In this document: positions 1-12,990 of the stretch, in pieces
How the letters are laid out: every line of letters begins with the position of its first letter
Position numbering within the stretch: position 1 is the first letter of the stretch
From: the human T2T-CHM13v2.0 reference genome, Homo sapiens
Length of the DNA stretch: 64,000 nucleotides
Assembly: GCF_009914755.1 (NCBI RefSeq)
Contig: NC_060927.1
Strand: one strand, 5' to 3'
The notes under the pieces: generated by a model
Told to the model about the DNA's origin: nothing
Database searches by the model: none
Seen by the model: only the letters and a program-made list of their open reading frames with translations
Made by a program: the position numbers and the translations under genes

Positions 1-303
<303 letters not shown>

Positions 304-636
304 CTACACTGATAGGCCTGCAAAAATTACAAAGACATCATGCCAAGTGTGGGTCAGGGTGAGGGCATCGGGGAACCTCCAGGTGCCACTGGCATAGCCC
401 CCTGAGAACAAGCCAGCAGGTCTAAGTCTAAGGAAGGGTTTGGTGGGGGAGTCAAGCGGGTGGTGTTGGGAGATGTGAGAGGGGGAGCCTGGGCTGAGTC
501 TCGGGTTTCTCTCCTGGGTGGCTGAAAGACAGTGAGGCCAGGAACCAAGGGCGGGGGCAGGTATGGGGGAAGGAAGGTGTGACATGCCCGCATTAGACTA
601 GGAAACACAATGTCTTCCTCATTTCCTGTGGGGCAT

Positions 637-774
637 TTTATTTCTTATTTATTTTTTAGAGACGGGGTCTCACTATGTTGGCCAGGCTAGCCTTGAACTC
701 CTGGCCTCTAGTGATCCTCCCACCCCAGCCTCCTGAGTAGCTGGGACTATAGGCGTACACCACTGAGCTTGGCT
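637..774 (-). mobile_element. Alu monomer (FLAM-like)
   Basis: Single-arm Alu with T-rich tail. Confidence 0.75.
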
Positions 775-1396
775 TGTGGGGCTACTTAAAAAAAAGAAAA
801 AAGAAAAAAGAAACAGGCTTCCTGAGGCTCAAATCAATTACATTCTAAGGTGATGGAAGCTGATTCACAGATTCACCAAAGCAACAGACACCCAAATTCA
901 TTTGGTTTAAGAATAACCTTGCCCAGACCCTTCCGAGATTGGGGATCTTGGCCTTGGGCTGCTGGCTCCAGCCTGGATGTGTTGCCACTCTCTGGGAAAA
1001 CGACCCCATGTCTAGCACATAGCAGGAGCTTCGGAAATCCCCATCGCCTGAATGCCTGTCTGAGCCACAGACACGTCCTGTCCGCTGGCAGGGATAAAGG
1101 GATAGGAAAATCCAGCAGACATTTCTCTCAATTAAATTTCCCCCTCAAAACATAACCCTGCATTAAATTACAACATCAGAATTTCTCTCTGCCAAATGAT
1201 GTTGGGGAAAGAGCATGGCCAACAGCCAGCTCAGGCCAAGGAGAGATCAGTGAAGAAGCAGCTCCCAGTGTGCCCTGCTCCCCGGGGCACCTCGTGCCCC
1301 GTCTCCTGGTGATGTGTCTGGTCTGGCCCAGCAGTAACGTTTTCCATGGGTTCTGGACTAGAACTCAGCACACGCGGCTCCCACACCTCTTTTCTT

Positions 1397-1716
1397 TCTT
1401 TCTTTCTTTCTTTTTTTTTTTTTTTGAGACAGAGTTTCGCTCTTGTTGCCCAGGCTGGAGTGTAATGGTGTGATCTCAGCTCACCACAACCTCTACCTCC
1501 CAGGTCCCGGGACAAGCAGTTCTCCTGCCTCAGCCTCCTGAGTAGCTGGGATTACAGGCACGTGCCACCACACCCAGCTAATTTTTTTTTGTATTTTTAG
1601 TAGAAACGGGGTTTCACCGTGTTGGCTAGGCTGGTCTCAAACTCCTGACCTCGTGATCTGCCCGCCTCAGCCTCCCAAAGTGCTAGGATTACAGGCGTGA
1701 GCCACCGCACCCGGCA
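1397..1716 (-). mobile_element. Alu (S-like) with TSD
   Basis: Full dimer; TSD CCCACACCTCTTTTCTT at 1380-1396 and 1717-1733. Confidence 0.92.
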
Positions 1717-1937
1717 CCCACACCTCTTTTCTTCACATTCTTCAGCCTTTGGCAAATCACAGCTCCTCTGTGGGCCCCAGTTTCCTCCTCTGTGTAAGAA
1801 GGAGATTGCCTCTCAATGCTGGCTGAACCCTTCAGTCGCTTGGGGAGGCTTTTAAAAACCGGTAGTAACAAAAATCAAAACGCCGCTGCCTGGGCCCCGT
1901 TTTCTGAGATCCTGATTCAATTAGCCGGGTGTTGGTG

Positions 1938-2300
1938 GTGTGACCAGAAAAGGGTCTCAGTCCAGACCCCGAAAGAGGGTTCTCGGATCTCACGCGGGAA
2001 GGAGTTCAAGGCGAGTCGCTGAGTGCAGTGAAAAGAATTTGATTGAAAGCTACTCCCTTGCAGGGCAGGGCGCCCTCAGAAGGCAAGCAGAGGAATGCAT
2101 TGCCTTTGTTTTAAGTTTTTCTTATGCAGGGGCCTTGTCTGTGAAGACTGAACTCAGCTGTGACTACATGTGGATGGGCTGACAGCATATGACAACATTT
2201 ATCATTTTATTGATTGAAAGGAAATGATCCTTGACATTCAGCATATGTAAGCACATCAAAGCATAACTATAATTTTCCCGAAAGCATATATTGCTGTGAG
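1938..2300 (-). mobile_element. ERV1-class LTR fragment adjacent to the MER4 LTR
   Basis: TGTGACCAGAAAAGGGTCTCAGTCCAGACCCCGAAAGAGGGTTCTCGGATCTC resembles the reverse complement of ERV1 LTR 3' ends. Family not resolved. Confidence 0.5.
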
Positions 2301-3067
2301 TGCTGATGAAAAGAGTCGAACTCTGTAAAATATTTGAAGAGATTTATTCTGAGCCAAATATGAGTGGCCATGGCCCGTGACACAGACCTCAGGAGGGCCT
2401 GGGAACATGTGCCCAAGGTGGTCGAGGTACAGCTTGGTTTTATACATTTTAGGGAGGAATGAGGCATCAATCAAATACATTTAAGAAATACATTGGTTGA
2501 GTTCAGAAAGGCAGGACAACTCGAAGCAGCGGGGGTGAGTGCTTCCAGGCTGTAGGTAAATTTAAACATTTTCTGGTTGACAATTGGTTGAGCTTAGCTG
2601 AAGACCTGGGATCAATGGAAAGGAATGTTCAGGTTAAGATAAAGGATTGTGGAGGCCAAGTTTTATTGTGCAGGGGAAGCTCTCAGCAGACTTCAGAGAG
2701 AGAGAGAGCAGGTTGTAAACTGTTTCTTATCGACTTAAAAGGGGTGCCTGGCTCTTAGTTGATGATCTCCTGGACTGGAAAGAAAGGAAGGAAAACAAAG
2801 GGGAAAGGGGCTTCTTTATAGGATGTGGATTCTCCTCACAAGAGACTCTGCAGGGCAAGTTCAAGGTAGGGCAAAGAAATATATTTGGGGGTTAAATATT
2901 TTTGCCTCGTCTTGTAATGTTATGCCATAGTCAGATTAAAAATAAGTCATGATATACAGGGTCAAATAAAACCCATCTGATGAGAATTTATGATTTGTAA
3001 GGCGCGACTCCCTAGACCCCTTAGGTAGGAATTTGGGCAAGATAAAAAAATCAGAGCTTAGTCCTCG
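2301..3067 (-). mobile_element. ERV1 solo LTR, MER4 family (MER4A-like)
   Basis: Minus strand starts (C)GAGGACTAAGCTCTGATTTTTTTATCTTGCCCAAATTCC and ends ...GACTCTTTTCATCAGCA, matching recalled MER4A termini. Internal AATAAA near the 3' end. Confidence 0.75.
2343..2348 (-). terminator. Distal poly(A) signal candidate for CPN2, LTR-derived
   Basis: AATAAA on -, ~40 nt from the 3' end of the MER4-family LTR. Gives a ~1.3-kb 3' UTR and a ~3-kb mRNA. Confidence 0.6.
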
Positions 3068-3348
3068 TGTGGAGGTGGGTGCCGGCCACAGGGTCTCCCA
3101 CACGCCAGTCAGAACCCTGCCCCTGTGCTTTCTGGTCATCTCTGCTTCTGTCACATCCTTTTTTTCTCTATACCAATTTTAAATGAAATTCCAGGGAAAT
3201 AAATGGAAACAGACACTGGGCTTTTGAGCCAGATGTCAGAAGGCAGTGGCCTCCACTTTGTATCACTGGGATGCAGTGAATAGACCTCAGGGTGTAGGTG
3301 AGAGCGGTTGGGTGTTACATAATGGGGAGGCATCAGGGCTGAGGATAT

Positions 3349-3354
3349 TTTATT
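3349..3354 (-). terminator. Proximal poly(A) signal candidate for CPN2
   Basis: TTTATT on + (AATAAA on -), ~270 nt after the CPN2 stop, in non-repetitive sequence. Confidence 0.45.
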
Positions 3355-3625
3355 CTCCAGGCTGTGGTGCAGCTTTTGAGGGTGCTTTGCAAAGCATAAG
3401 GATGGCCTTGTTAGGCCGCACACTCCAGGAGAAGCGATGAAGGAAGAGGAGGAGGAGACCCTGGTTAGTGGAGCAGACCAGACTCCACCCCCTCACCTTG
3501 GGGATGTAACCCTGTCCCTTGCATGTGAAAAGCCAAGGCTTCGGAGACTCAGCTCCCCTCCGCCCCTACCTGTCGCCTGGTCAGGCCCCAGAGGCCCCCT
3601 TCCCCAGCTCCTGTATGCGCTGCTA

Positions 3626-5263
3626 CTAGGGCCCTGCTGCCCGAGCCTCGATAGACACGGTGAGCCGCAGAGAACCGCAGCTCGACCTCAGGTCCCACTC
3701 CTGACTAGCATTGTACTGCAGTCCCAGGGAGCCCTGCCAAGGAGAGAGCTGGACGTTCAGCCAGCGACACTGGGCCTGGTCACAGGCGAGCACCACGGTG
3801 CCCTCGGGGTTGCTGTAGGTGCACTGGCTCCGGGCTGCCCTTTCCTGCACAGCCAGATCCCAGCTGCCCCCTGCCTTGCTTTCGTCCGGCCACGTGACCT
3901 GGAAGCCCAAGTGGTCCCGGGTGACGGGACACACCAGCTGCTTCTCATTCAAGGCGGGCACCACCTGGCCTTTGAGGTAGGCAGGGCCAGCGCAGTAGGT
4001 CTGGATGTTCAGGAGCCGATCGGTGTACTGCTGCAGCCAGTTGAAGAGGTAGGCCAGGTGGCAGTCGCACTGCCAGGGGTTACCGTGCAGGGCCAGGTTG
4101 AACAGGTTGTAGTTGGTGTCGAAGATGCCCTCCGGAAGTGTGGTCAGCTGGTTCTTGGAGAGGCTGAGCAGCTCCAGCTTGGACAGGTTCTGGAAGAGGG
4201 CTGGGTGCAGCGCCGTAAGGTTGTTGCTGCCCAGGTAGAGTTTGACCAACTCCTCCAGGTCTCTGAAGATGCCAGCTGGGAGGTGGGTAATGGCATTGTA
4301 TGAGAGCATGAGGGAACGCAGGTTGGACAGGTGGGCAAAGGTGCCCTCAGCGACAGTCTCCAGCTGGTTATGGGTCAGAGACAGGCCAACCAGGCATGGG
4401 GTGTGGGCAAAGAGGCCGGCAGGCAGGACCCGAAGCATGTTCCACTGCAAGCTCAGAAAGGTCAGATTACCCAGGGAGGCAAAGATGGAGAGCGGCAGGT
4501 GCGTGATGGCGTTGCGTTGCAGCCACAGCCTCTCTAGGCAGAAGAGCTGGGAGAACACCTGAGGGGGCAGCTCCGAGATGTTGTTGCTGTCCAGGAAGAG
4601 CTCCTGCAGGCTGCCCAGTTTGCCAAACACACCCTGGGGGAGACCAGAGAGCGCGTTGTTGCTCAGCTTCAGGGTCTGCAGGCTGGTGAGTGGGTGGAAC
4701 AGCTCCTCCGGGAGCTGGGCCAGGAGGTTCTGGGCCAGGTTGAGTGTCTTCAGATGGGTCAGAGGCTGGAAGAGCCTCCTGGGCAGGGCCTGGAGCTGGT
4801 TCCCCTGCAGGTGGAGGGACTCCAGGGCAGCCAGGTGCTGGAAAAGACCCTCGGGCAGAGCCTCCAGCATGTTGAAGTTGAGGGTGAGCTTGCCCAGCGA
4901 GGTCAGGTTGGAGAAGATGTTGGTGCTGAGGTTCAAGAAGCTACTGCCTGTGACCTCCAGGTCCTCCAGCCTGGGCAGCCCCCCAAAGGCATCCGGCCTA
5001 AACTGGCAGAGCTGAGTGTTGAGGAAGACCACCTTGGTCAAGTTGGGGTTACTGCCAAAAGCTCTGGTTTCCAATGTGGTGAACGAGGTCTCCACAAAGA
5101 TGATGTTTTTCGTATATGGCGGGATGTCCAGCGGGACGGTGGCAAGCTCCTCATCTGAGCAGAACACCTCCTGGACGAAGCAGTCACAACCCATGGGACA
5201 GGGCTGGGCAGGCCTGGCCAGGAGCAGGAGGGAGGTCCAGAGCAGCCAGGCTCCAGGGAGCAT
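3626..5263 (-). CDS. CPN2: Carboxypeptidase N subunit 2 (regulatory LRR subunit), 545 aa, single coding exon
   Basis: ORF MLPGAWLLWTSLLLLARPAQPCPMGCDCF...: signal peptide, LRRNT (CPxxCxC), ~13 LRRs of 24 aa, LRRCT (NPWQCDC), Cys-containing C-terminal domain, no TM helix. Recognised as human CPN2. Confidence 0.97.
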   Translation of the reverse strand: MLPGAWLLWTSLLLLARPAQPCPMGCDCFVQEVFCSDEELATVPLDIPPYTKNIIFVETSFTTLETRAFGSNPNLTKVVFLNTQLCQFRPDAFGGLPRLEDLEVTGSSFLNLSTNIFSNLTSLGKLTLNFNMLEALPEGLFQHLAALESLHLQGNQLQALPRRLFQPLTHLKTLNLAQNLLAQLPEELFHPLTSLQTLKLSNNALSGLPQGVFGKLGSLQELFLDSNNISELPPQVFSQLFCLERLWLQRNAITHLPLSIFASLGNLTFLSLQWNMLRVLPAGLFAHTPCLVGLSLTHNQLETVAEGTFAHLSNLRSLMLSYNAITHLPAGIFRDLEELVKLYLGSNNLTALHPALFQNLSKLELLSLSKNQLTTLPEGIFDTNYNLFNLALHGNPWQCDCHLAYLFNWLQQYTDRLLNIQTYCAGPAYLKGQVVPALNEKQLVCPVTRDHLGFQVTWPDESKAGGSWDLAVQERAARSQCTYSNPEGTVVLACDQAQCRWLNVQLSPWQGSLGLQYNASQEWDLRSSCGSLRLTVSIEARAAGP

Positions 5264-5322
5264 CTTCTAGATTCGAGGAGGGAGAGAGAACAGGAAGAGA
5301 AACTTGATCATCACACAGCATG

Positions 5323-5368
5323 GCACAGTGACCAGGGCACAGTGACCAGGGCATAGTGACCAGAGCAC
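5323..5368. repeat. 14-bp tandem repeat, ~3 copies, near the CPN2 acceptor
   Basis: GCACAGTGACCAGG x2 followed by GCATAGTGACCAGA. Confidence 0.85.
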
Positions 5369-6189
5369 TGGACAGCGAGCTCCAACATGCGGCAGGACCA
5401 AGACCCAGGGCTTTGGGGCTTTCTGTATTCTTCTCAGACTGGGGAAAGAAGTGGAAAGGAGACAAAAAGGCATGGAAGAGAGACACAAAAGGAGACCATG
5501 GGCATTGTGGAATTTTTAAAGATAACATATAGGATATGGACAGATGATTCCTGAGTTGGAAGCTCCTAGACCGTAACTCTTCCTGAGTTTCCAAATCTCA
5601 GCACACGTCAGAGCCAAATGATGCAGAGAACCTGGCACCTGCTCTTTGCACAGTTGGTGGAGGGGAAGTGCAGCCACAGAGATGAGATGGCTCCTCAAAA
5701 CTGCTGCTGAAATGCCCTCCTCCTGCCCACCTCTGCCCATCTCTGCCCACTCCTCCACGGCGAGACCCGAGGAGATTTCCAATGTCATGTGGACAGAAGG
5801 ACCCCAGACCTGGGGATTCTACAGAACAGTAGATTTCTTTAAAATTCTCTAAAATTCTTTAGATTTTCTTTACTGTTTTTTAAAAAATTAAAAAACAGAT
5901 TTTCTATCATGTACTCACAGGTCACAAATTGGTGATGCACCTTACAAATATGTTTTATTTATTTCTCAGTGACATTGTTCATATATGAATCAGTAGCCAA
6001 CATGTAAAAATTGGAAAACGTCACAATAAAGGTCTAGGTTTCAGAGTGATCTGGGGACAGTGGGCCCGCATTGCCACATAGCAAGACCAGCTGGGGCATC
6101 GTGGCCCCTGCCCTGTTAGAGGGTGTGTGACCTCCAGGCCGCCACTGTTCCCATGCAGAGCACTTATTCACATGGCTTGCAGTGGTCCT

Positions 6190-6400
6190 AATTCCATGAG
6201 TTCAAATCTGAGGTCCATTGCTTTCTAGCTACGTGACCTTGGGCTTATTGCTTAATCCATCTGTGCTTCAGTTTCCTTATCTGTACAATGGAGATTAGAA
6301 TAGTCCCTACCACATAAGGGTAATTGTTAGGGATTAAGTGAGTATATATAGGTAACAGTTTTACATCAGGATCTGGCATAGAGTGAGTAATTAATCAACC
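6190..6400 (+). mobile_element. MIR
   Basis: Core GTGACCTTGGGCTTATTGCTTAATCCATCTGTGCTTCAGTTTCCTTATCTGTACAATGGAGAT. Confidence 0.75.
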
Positions 6401-6660
6401 ACATTAACCATTGTTAAAGGTTGCAAGCTACCTCATTACAGAAAAGGTCATTTGAACACCAAAAAATAAAAAAATAAAAACAAAATGCTCTTTAGACGGA
6501 ATACACTTGAATTTACCAAAAATTTAAAAAAGAAAGAAGCTCTTTCACAACATAATCCTAATTTTTCTTAATCAACTTCTTCTCAGTAAAAGGGGTCCGC
6601 GAATCGGGTTCTGCAGTTGCAGAATCTGGGTCCCTAGCGCTCCTCGCTGGCTGTCTCTCT

Positions 6661-6678
6661 GCTGCCCTCTGCTGGTGC
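6661..6678 (-). promoter_or_regulatory. CTCF motif in the CPN2 intron
   Basis: Minus strand GCACCAGCAGAGGGCAGC closely fits the CTCF core CCASYAGRKGGCRS. Confidence 0.55.
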
Positions 6679-6960
6679 CTCCTCCACCTGGAGATTCCGC
6701 TTCTGGCTGAAGGTCTCCCATTAAACTCATGGGTTTAGGACTCAGTGCTTATTAGGGGAGCCCCCTTGACTCTCCCGCTCAGTCACTCAGTGACTCTCAG
6801 TCCTTCCAGGAATGTTCTGCCTCATCATTAGAGAAGGGACAACTTCTCCCTGAGAAAATGCACACCTTCCTTTAGGCTGCTCTAAGGCATGCATAGCTAA
6901 GTGAGCTTGGGGAGGCGGTAAGGAAAATCTCTACCAGTAATAACCGCTGGCCTGGGATTA

Positions 6961-7307
<347 letters not shown>

Positions 7308-7884
7308 TCACCTCTTCCAGGAAAAGGAAAATGTCCCTGCCACTTAGGACATGTGAGGGGAAGGAACAAGCCTCAGGCAAACGTGTGCCTCCTGGCTCTG
7401 TGTCCCTAGACCCCAGCTACAGAGTTAGCATGAGACTAGGAACAGAAAGCAGTGGGCCTGGCTGAAGAGGCGTGGGGTAGCCACTGTCCCCCAACACACA
7501 CCACACACACACACAGCTGCCACTAGCACCTGGCCTGCCCCTGAGGCACCTACACAAAACCCCTAGGGGTCCTGAAAGAAGCCGCCCCTGACCCTAGGAA
7601 GGAGGACCTGGAGGTACGTGTCTCCACCCTAACACTCAGCACAGGTGCCGAAATGATGGGTTTTCATGGCAGTCTTTTCTGTGTACTCGTCTCTCTATGC
7701 CCAGAGCAGCAGTGACTTCCTTTGGGCTCAGGCAGGTTTTGTTGAATGGAGCTCTCCAAGGCTGGGAAGAGCAGTTTGGGAGGCAGAGCCGCCACCCCTG
7801 GGATGGGCAAACCCAGAACGAATGACCCCCAGCCAGGCTGCCAGAGCTGCCTCGATTCCTCCAGAGAGCAAGAGGGGAGCAGTT

Positions 7885-8075
<191 letters not shown>

Positions 8076-9109
8076 TAATATGATCATTATGCCAGTCCCT
8101 CTTCCTTGCTAGCCCCATTGGTCATTGTTTCTCAAAGGCTATTTCCAGAAAGTACTCCCCTGGAATGATGGACCAGACAACGCTGGGGCCTGTGGGTCCC
8201 GAGACCAGCTGGCCTCCTCCCAGGGAGAGTGAGGCAAGGTCCCGGGGTCTTCACAGCAGGGCTTGGCTTGTGGAGCCCAGATCTCCTGGTTTTGTTCATC
8301 CCTCCTGCCAGGAAAACAGGGCCAAAGCCGGAGTTGCACCATGGAATGCTCGAGCCCAATGGGGTGAGGACACCTCTCTGCGGAGCGAGCTGAGCTGCTC
8401 CCTGGCTTCCCTGGGTCTGTGCCTCTAACTTTTCATCCGTTGTCTTTGGAAATAATGTGCTTTACACATTTCCAACAAAGGAAGGAGCTCTAGGATTCAA
8501 GCCTTGAATCAAAGCCATGGCACTGGTGGCACAGAAAGTCTAGTGCAGGCAAATCAGCTAAGGCTCGGGAGACGCAGGCAGAGGGAGAGATATCTCCCTG
8601 ATGTGGGGGTTTGGCTGAGGGGTTAGTTCCCACCTGCCAGTTCCCAAAGCTCCTGCACATACATCTTGATCCTCAGCGCAAACCTAGAAGTGCCCAGGGC
8701 AGGCAGACTGGGGCTCCCGGAGCTACAGTGACTGGCCCAAGGGAACACAACACAGAAGCGAGGGGCCAGGGCCAGTCCTGACAGCCCGGGCTCTGCAGGG
8801 AAGATGGACCCGGGGAGGCAGCCCACGGAGGCCGGGGTCCTGGGTACCCAGAGCGTGGTTTAAAATGGGGGCACAGCCTCCAGACGGACATGTGCCCTTG
8901 GCACCCCTTGTGGGTGGTATCACTGGGGGAGGAGGGCCAGAACAGGGCCCTCTAAAGTTCAGGGCAAGACCCCTCTTGCCTGGGTCTACTGGGGCAGGGA
9001 GCAGGGAGGCAGGGATGGTTCTCACAGTGAGGGCGCAGAACACTGACAATTTCCAGACGGTCCACTCCCAGCCCGAGCCCCATCCTCACCTCACTCGGGA
9101 GTGGCTACG

Positions 9110-9330
9110 AGTCAGACAGCCTGGGTTCAAATCCTAACTCCCCTCCAGCTTAGCTCTGTGGCTTTGACTGCATTGCTTAACCTCTCTGTGTTTTGCTTTC
9201 CTCCTCTTCAAAACAATGAGCACACTACTACCTTCCTGGTGAGGATGTTATGAGGATGGAATGAGAAAACGCATGGAAAGCTCTAAGCTCAGGGCCTGGC
9301 ACATGGCAAATGCGTGGCAACGTTAGTGAC
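9110..9330 (+). mobile_element. MIR
   Basis: GAGTCAGACAGCCTGGGTTCAAATCCTAACTCC...TGCTTAACCTCTCTGTG...GCCTGGCACATGGCAAATGC. Confidence 0.75.
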
Positions 9331-10188
9331 CCTGATCTTCCGAGCAGTGCAGCCCCAGCTCTGTGCTGAAGCAGTCATGGGTTAGCTAGGGAGAAACCCA
9401 TGAGATCATCCAACCACCCCACTGTGAGCCAATGAGACGCCTCTCCACAGCACTCCTTCTAGCTCTTTCCTCCAGCCAAGGGAAAGAGCTAGAAGGTTTA
9501 GGGGAGCAGAGATTCTGAGGGCTCTGACTGAGAGCTCTGGCCTTGGCCCCTTCCCCAGCCTGGCCTCAAGAAAGCAGGTCACTGGGGAGCTCTGGAGACG
9601 GACGCGCCCCTCCCTGGGAACTGGGGAGGCTGGCCCCCAGGGCCACAGTGGGGTGGCAGCCAGAGGTTTTCTGCTCCTCATCTGGGAATAAGACCATCAA
9701 ATGCCCACAGAAATGTTCCACACTTTCGGCAAGCCAAGGAAGTCTGGCTTTTTAAATGGGTTTTTTTTTTTTTGAGGGATAGGGAAGGTTTGGCTGGGTG
9801 CAAATGACCTCCTTCCTCTCCTCAAATTGCTTATGGGAGGGTACGTTTCTGTGCATGCCTCAAGCCAGTCTGTCATCCACCACAGACCTAAGCCTCACTT
9901 CTTCCAGAGGGTGATGGGACCTAGAATGGGGCCTAGAACCCTGGCCCCAGACACCCAGGGACTGCCACCCGACGCTGGCTCCATGGATGTCTGCCTCACC
10001 AACGGGCCTGGATTTGGCCATTTGGGCTCCAGCTCAGCTGGAAGCACAAAGAGGGGCTTCTGAGACTCATCCAGAGTCCCTGGCTGCTCCCCAAGCCTGG
10101 TCCCCTCTCTTCTCAATCCAGCAACGTAAGTCCAGTGGCTGAGACGGTCAGGTTTGCACTGGGTTCTAGCCTCTGCTCCTGCCTTGGC

Positions 10189-10526
10189 CAGCCCACCCCA
10201 TCCTCTGCCCAGTTCAGCCCAACCCATCCTCTGCCCAGTTCAGCCCACCCCATCTGCTGCCCTGGCCAGCCCACCCCACCCTCTGCCCAGTTCAGCCCAC
10301 CCCACCCTCTGCCCAGTTCAGCCCACCCCATCTGCTGCCCAGTTCAGCCCACCCCATCCTCTGCCCAGTTCAGCCCACACCACCCGCTGCCCAGTTCAGC
10401 CCACCCCATCCTCTGCCCAGTTCAGCACCCCCCATCCGCTGCCCAGTTCAGCCCACCCCACCCTCTGCCCAGTTCAGCTCACCCCATCCGCTGCCCAGTT
10501 CAGCCCACACCACCCTCTGCCCAGTT
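10189..10526. repeat. 26-bp minisatellite, 13 copies, in the CPN2 intron
   Basis: Unit CAGCCCACCCCATCCTCTGCCCAGTT, starting at 10189, 10215, 10241 ... 10501. Confidence 0.95.
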
Positions 10527-10787
10527 GTGTCCCAGGGAGTGAAGCCACCTCTCAGAGTCCCAGTCTGCGTCTGTAAACCAAGAACGACCACGATAACAAT
10601 AATCATCATAATACCTCAGTCCCGGCATGGTTAGGGCTATTGTGACTCTCAAATGAGAGAACAGGCATTGGGCCGCAGCAAGAAAATAGAAACAACCTAA
10701 ATGTCCAACATGAGGGATTGGTTACATGAATCATGCTACTCGGATGTAATGGAAACCCTCTCTGCTATGTTTAAAATTATATTACAG

Positions 10788-11075
10788 GCTGGGTTCAGTG
10801 GCTCATGCCTGTCATCCCAGCACTTTGGGCGGCAGAGGCAGGAGGATTGCTTGAGGCCAGGAGTTTGAAATCAGCCTGGGCAACATGGTAACATCTCATC
10901 TCTTCAAAAAATTATAAAAATTACCCAAGCATAGTGGTGCATGCTTGTAGTCTCAACTACTCGAGAGGCTGAGGTGGGAGGACGGCTTGAGACTGGGAGG
11001 TCGAGGCTGCAATGAGTGGGTGATTGCTCTACTGCACTCCAGCGTGAGAAGGGGGAGACCTTGTCTCAAAAAAAT
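10788..11075 (+). mobile_element. Alu (J-like)
   Basis: Diverged dimer with GGAGGATTGCTTGAGGCCAGGAG. Confidence 0.85.
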
Positions 11076-11198
11076 AGAATAAAAGATAAAATTTTAAACA
11101 AAAAGAAAATTTATTATAGATGTGTATTTATGGACAAGATGTTTGCAATATCTTAAGTGAAATATATGAAGTCTCAGAATGCTGCTTTTCCATTTTTA

Positions 11199-11551
<353 letters not shown>

Positions 11552-11956
11552 TTTGTGGTCATTACCTCTGAAAAATTGAATTGTGGATGATTTTAATTTT
11601 TTCCTTCTGCTTAAAAATATATGTTCCACATTTTTAAGTAAGAAACATATCACTTTTGCAGTAAGGTTGAAACCTATTTTATTCTAAATATTGAGATAAA
11701 CATGTAAAATGCACAGCACAGTTCCACACACACAGTAGGGGCTTACTTGACTCTTTCCTTCCTGGCAGTGATGTTGCAAAGGCCCGAGGGAGCTTGTCTA
11801 TCCTCTGTGTTAGCTTCTGGAAGAGAAGACAGCTGACAGGTTGAACTAAGAGGCCGTTGTGAACTGGGCACTATGCGACCCTCCCAATTTATACCCACCC
11901 TCCCAGGCCAGTGCAAGTCACACTTCCCCCATGAAGCCTTCCTGACTACCCTCTCC

Positions 11957-12454
<498 letters not shown>

Positions 12455-12866
12455 TGAATTGAAGGGAATGTTTGTGGCTTTCAGTGACTTCACATCTCAG
12501 GCCTTACTCTCATCCTGCTTAGTAGCAGGGGAAAGCACTTTAGCTCCGCCAGTGCCCCCAGCTGGGATCAGATTCTGACGCCATCACCTACTAGCGGTGT
12601 GGGCTTGTGCAAATCACTCCAACTCTCTAAGCCTCAGGTTTTCCAGACTTAATTATCACCTCTGCCCTCAGAGTTCAAATTAGCACTCCATTGGATGATA
12701 AATAGGCTAAATAAGATAGTAAATAGAAAGCCCTTAACACAGCGCCTGGCACATACTGAATGTTCAATAAAAGGTGGCCCCCTGCAGGTTTATTTCACCA
12801 CAAACTTTATTATATGAGCCAGCACGCTTCTGGGAAGGAAACCAGGAGCTAGTCATCCTTGGGCCT

Positions 12867-12990
12867 GAGCTGGGTGCTGTGGCGTGCGCTTGTAATCCCA
12901 GCTACTCAGCAGGCTGAGTGGGAGGATCTCTTGAAGCCAGGAGTTCAAGACCAGCCTGAGCAACATAACAAGACCCCCATCTCAAAAAAC
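12867..12990 (+). mobile_element. Alu monomer (FLAM-like)
   Basis: Single arm followed by an AT-rich tract. Confidence 0.7.

Noticed and set aside
3437-4303. 288-aa plus-strand ORF, and similar antisense ORFs over LRRC15 and GP5 (e.g. 59161-59913)
   Set aside because: Shadow ORFs caused by GC-rich, Leu-biased codons on the coding strand; no domain signal.
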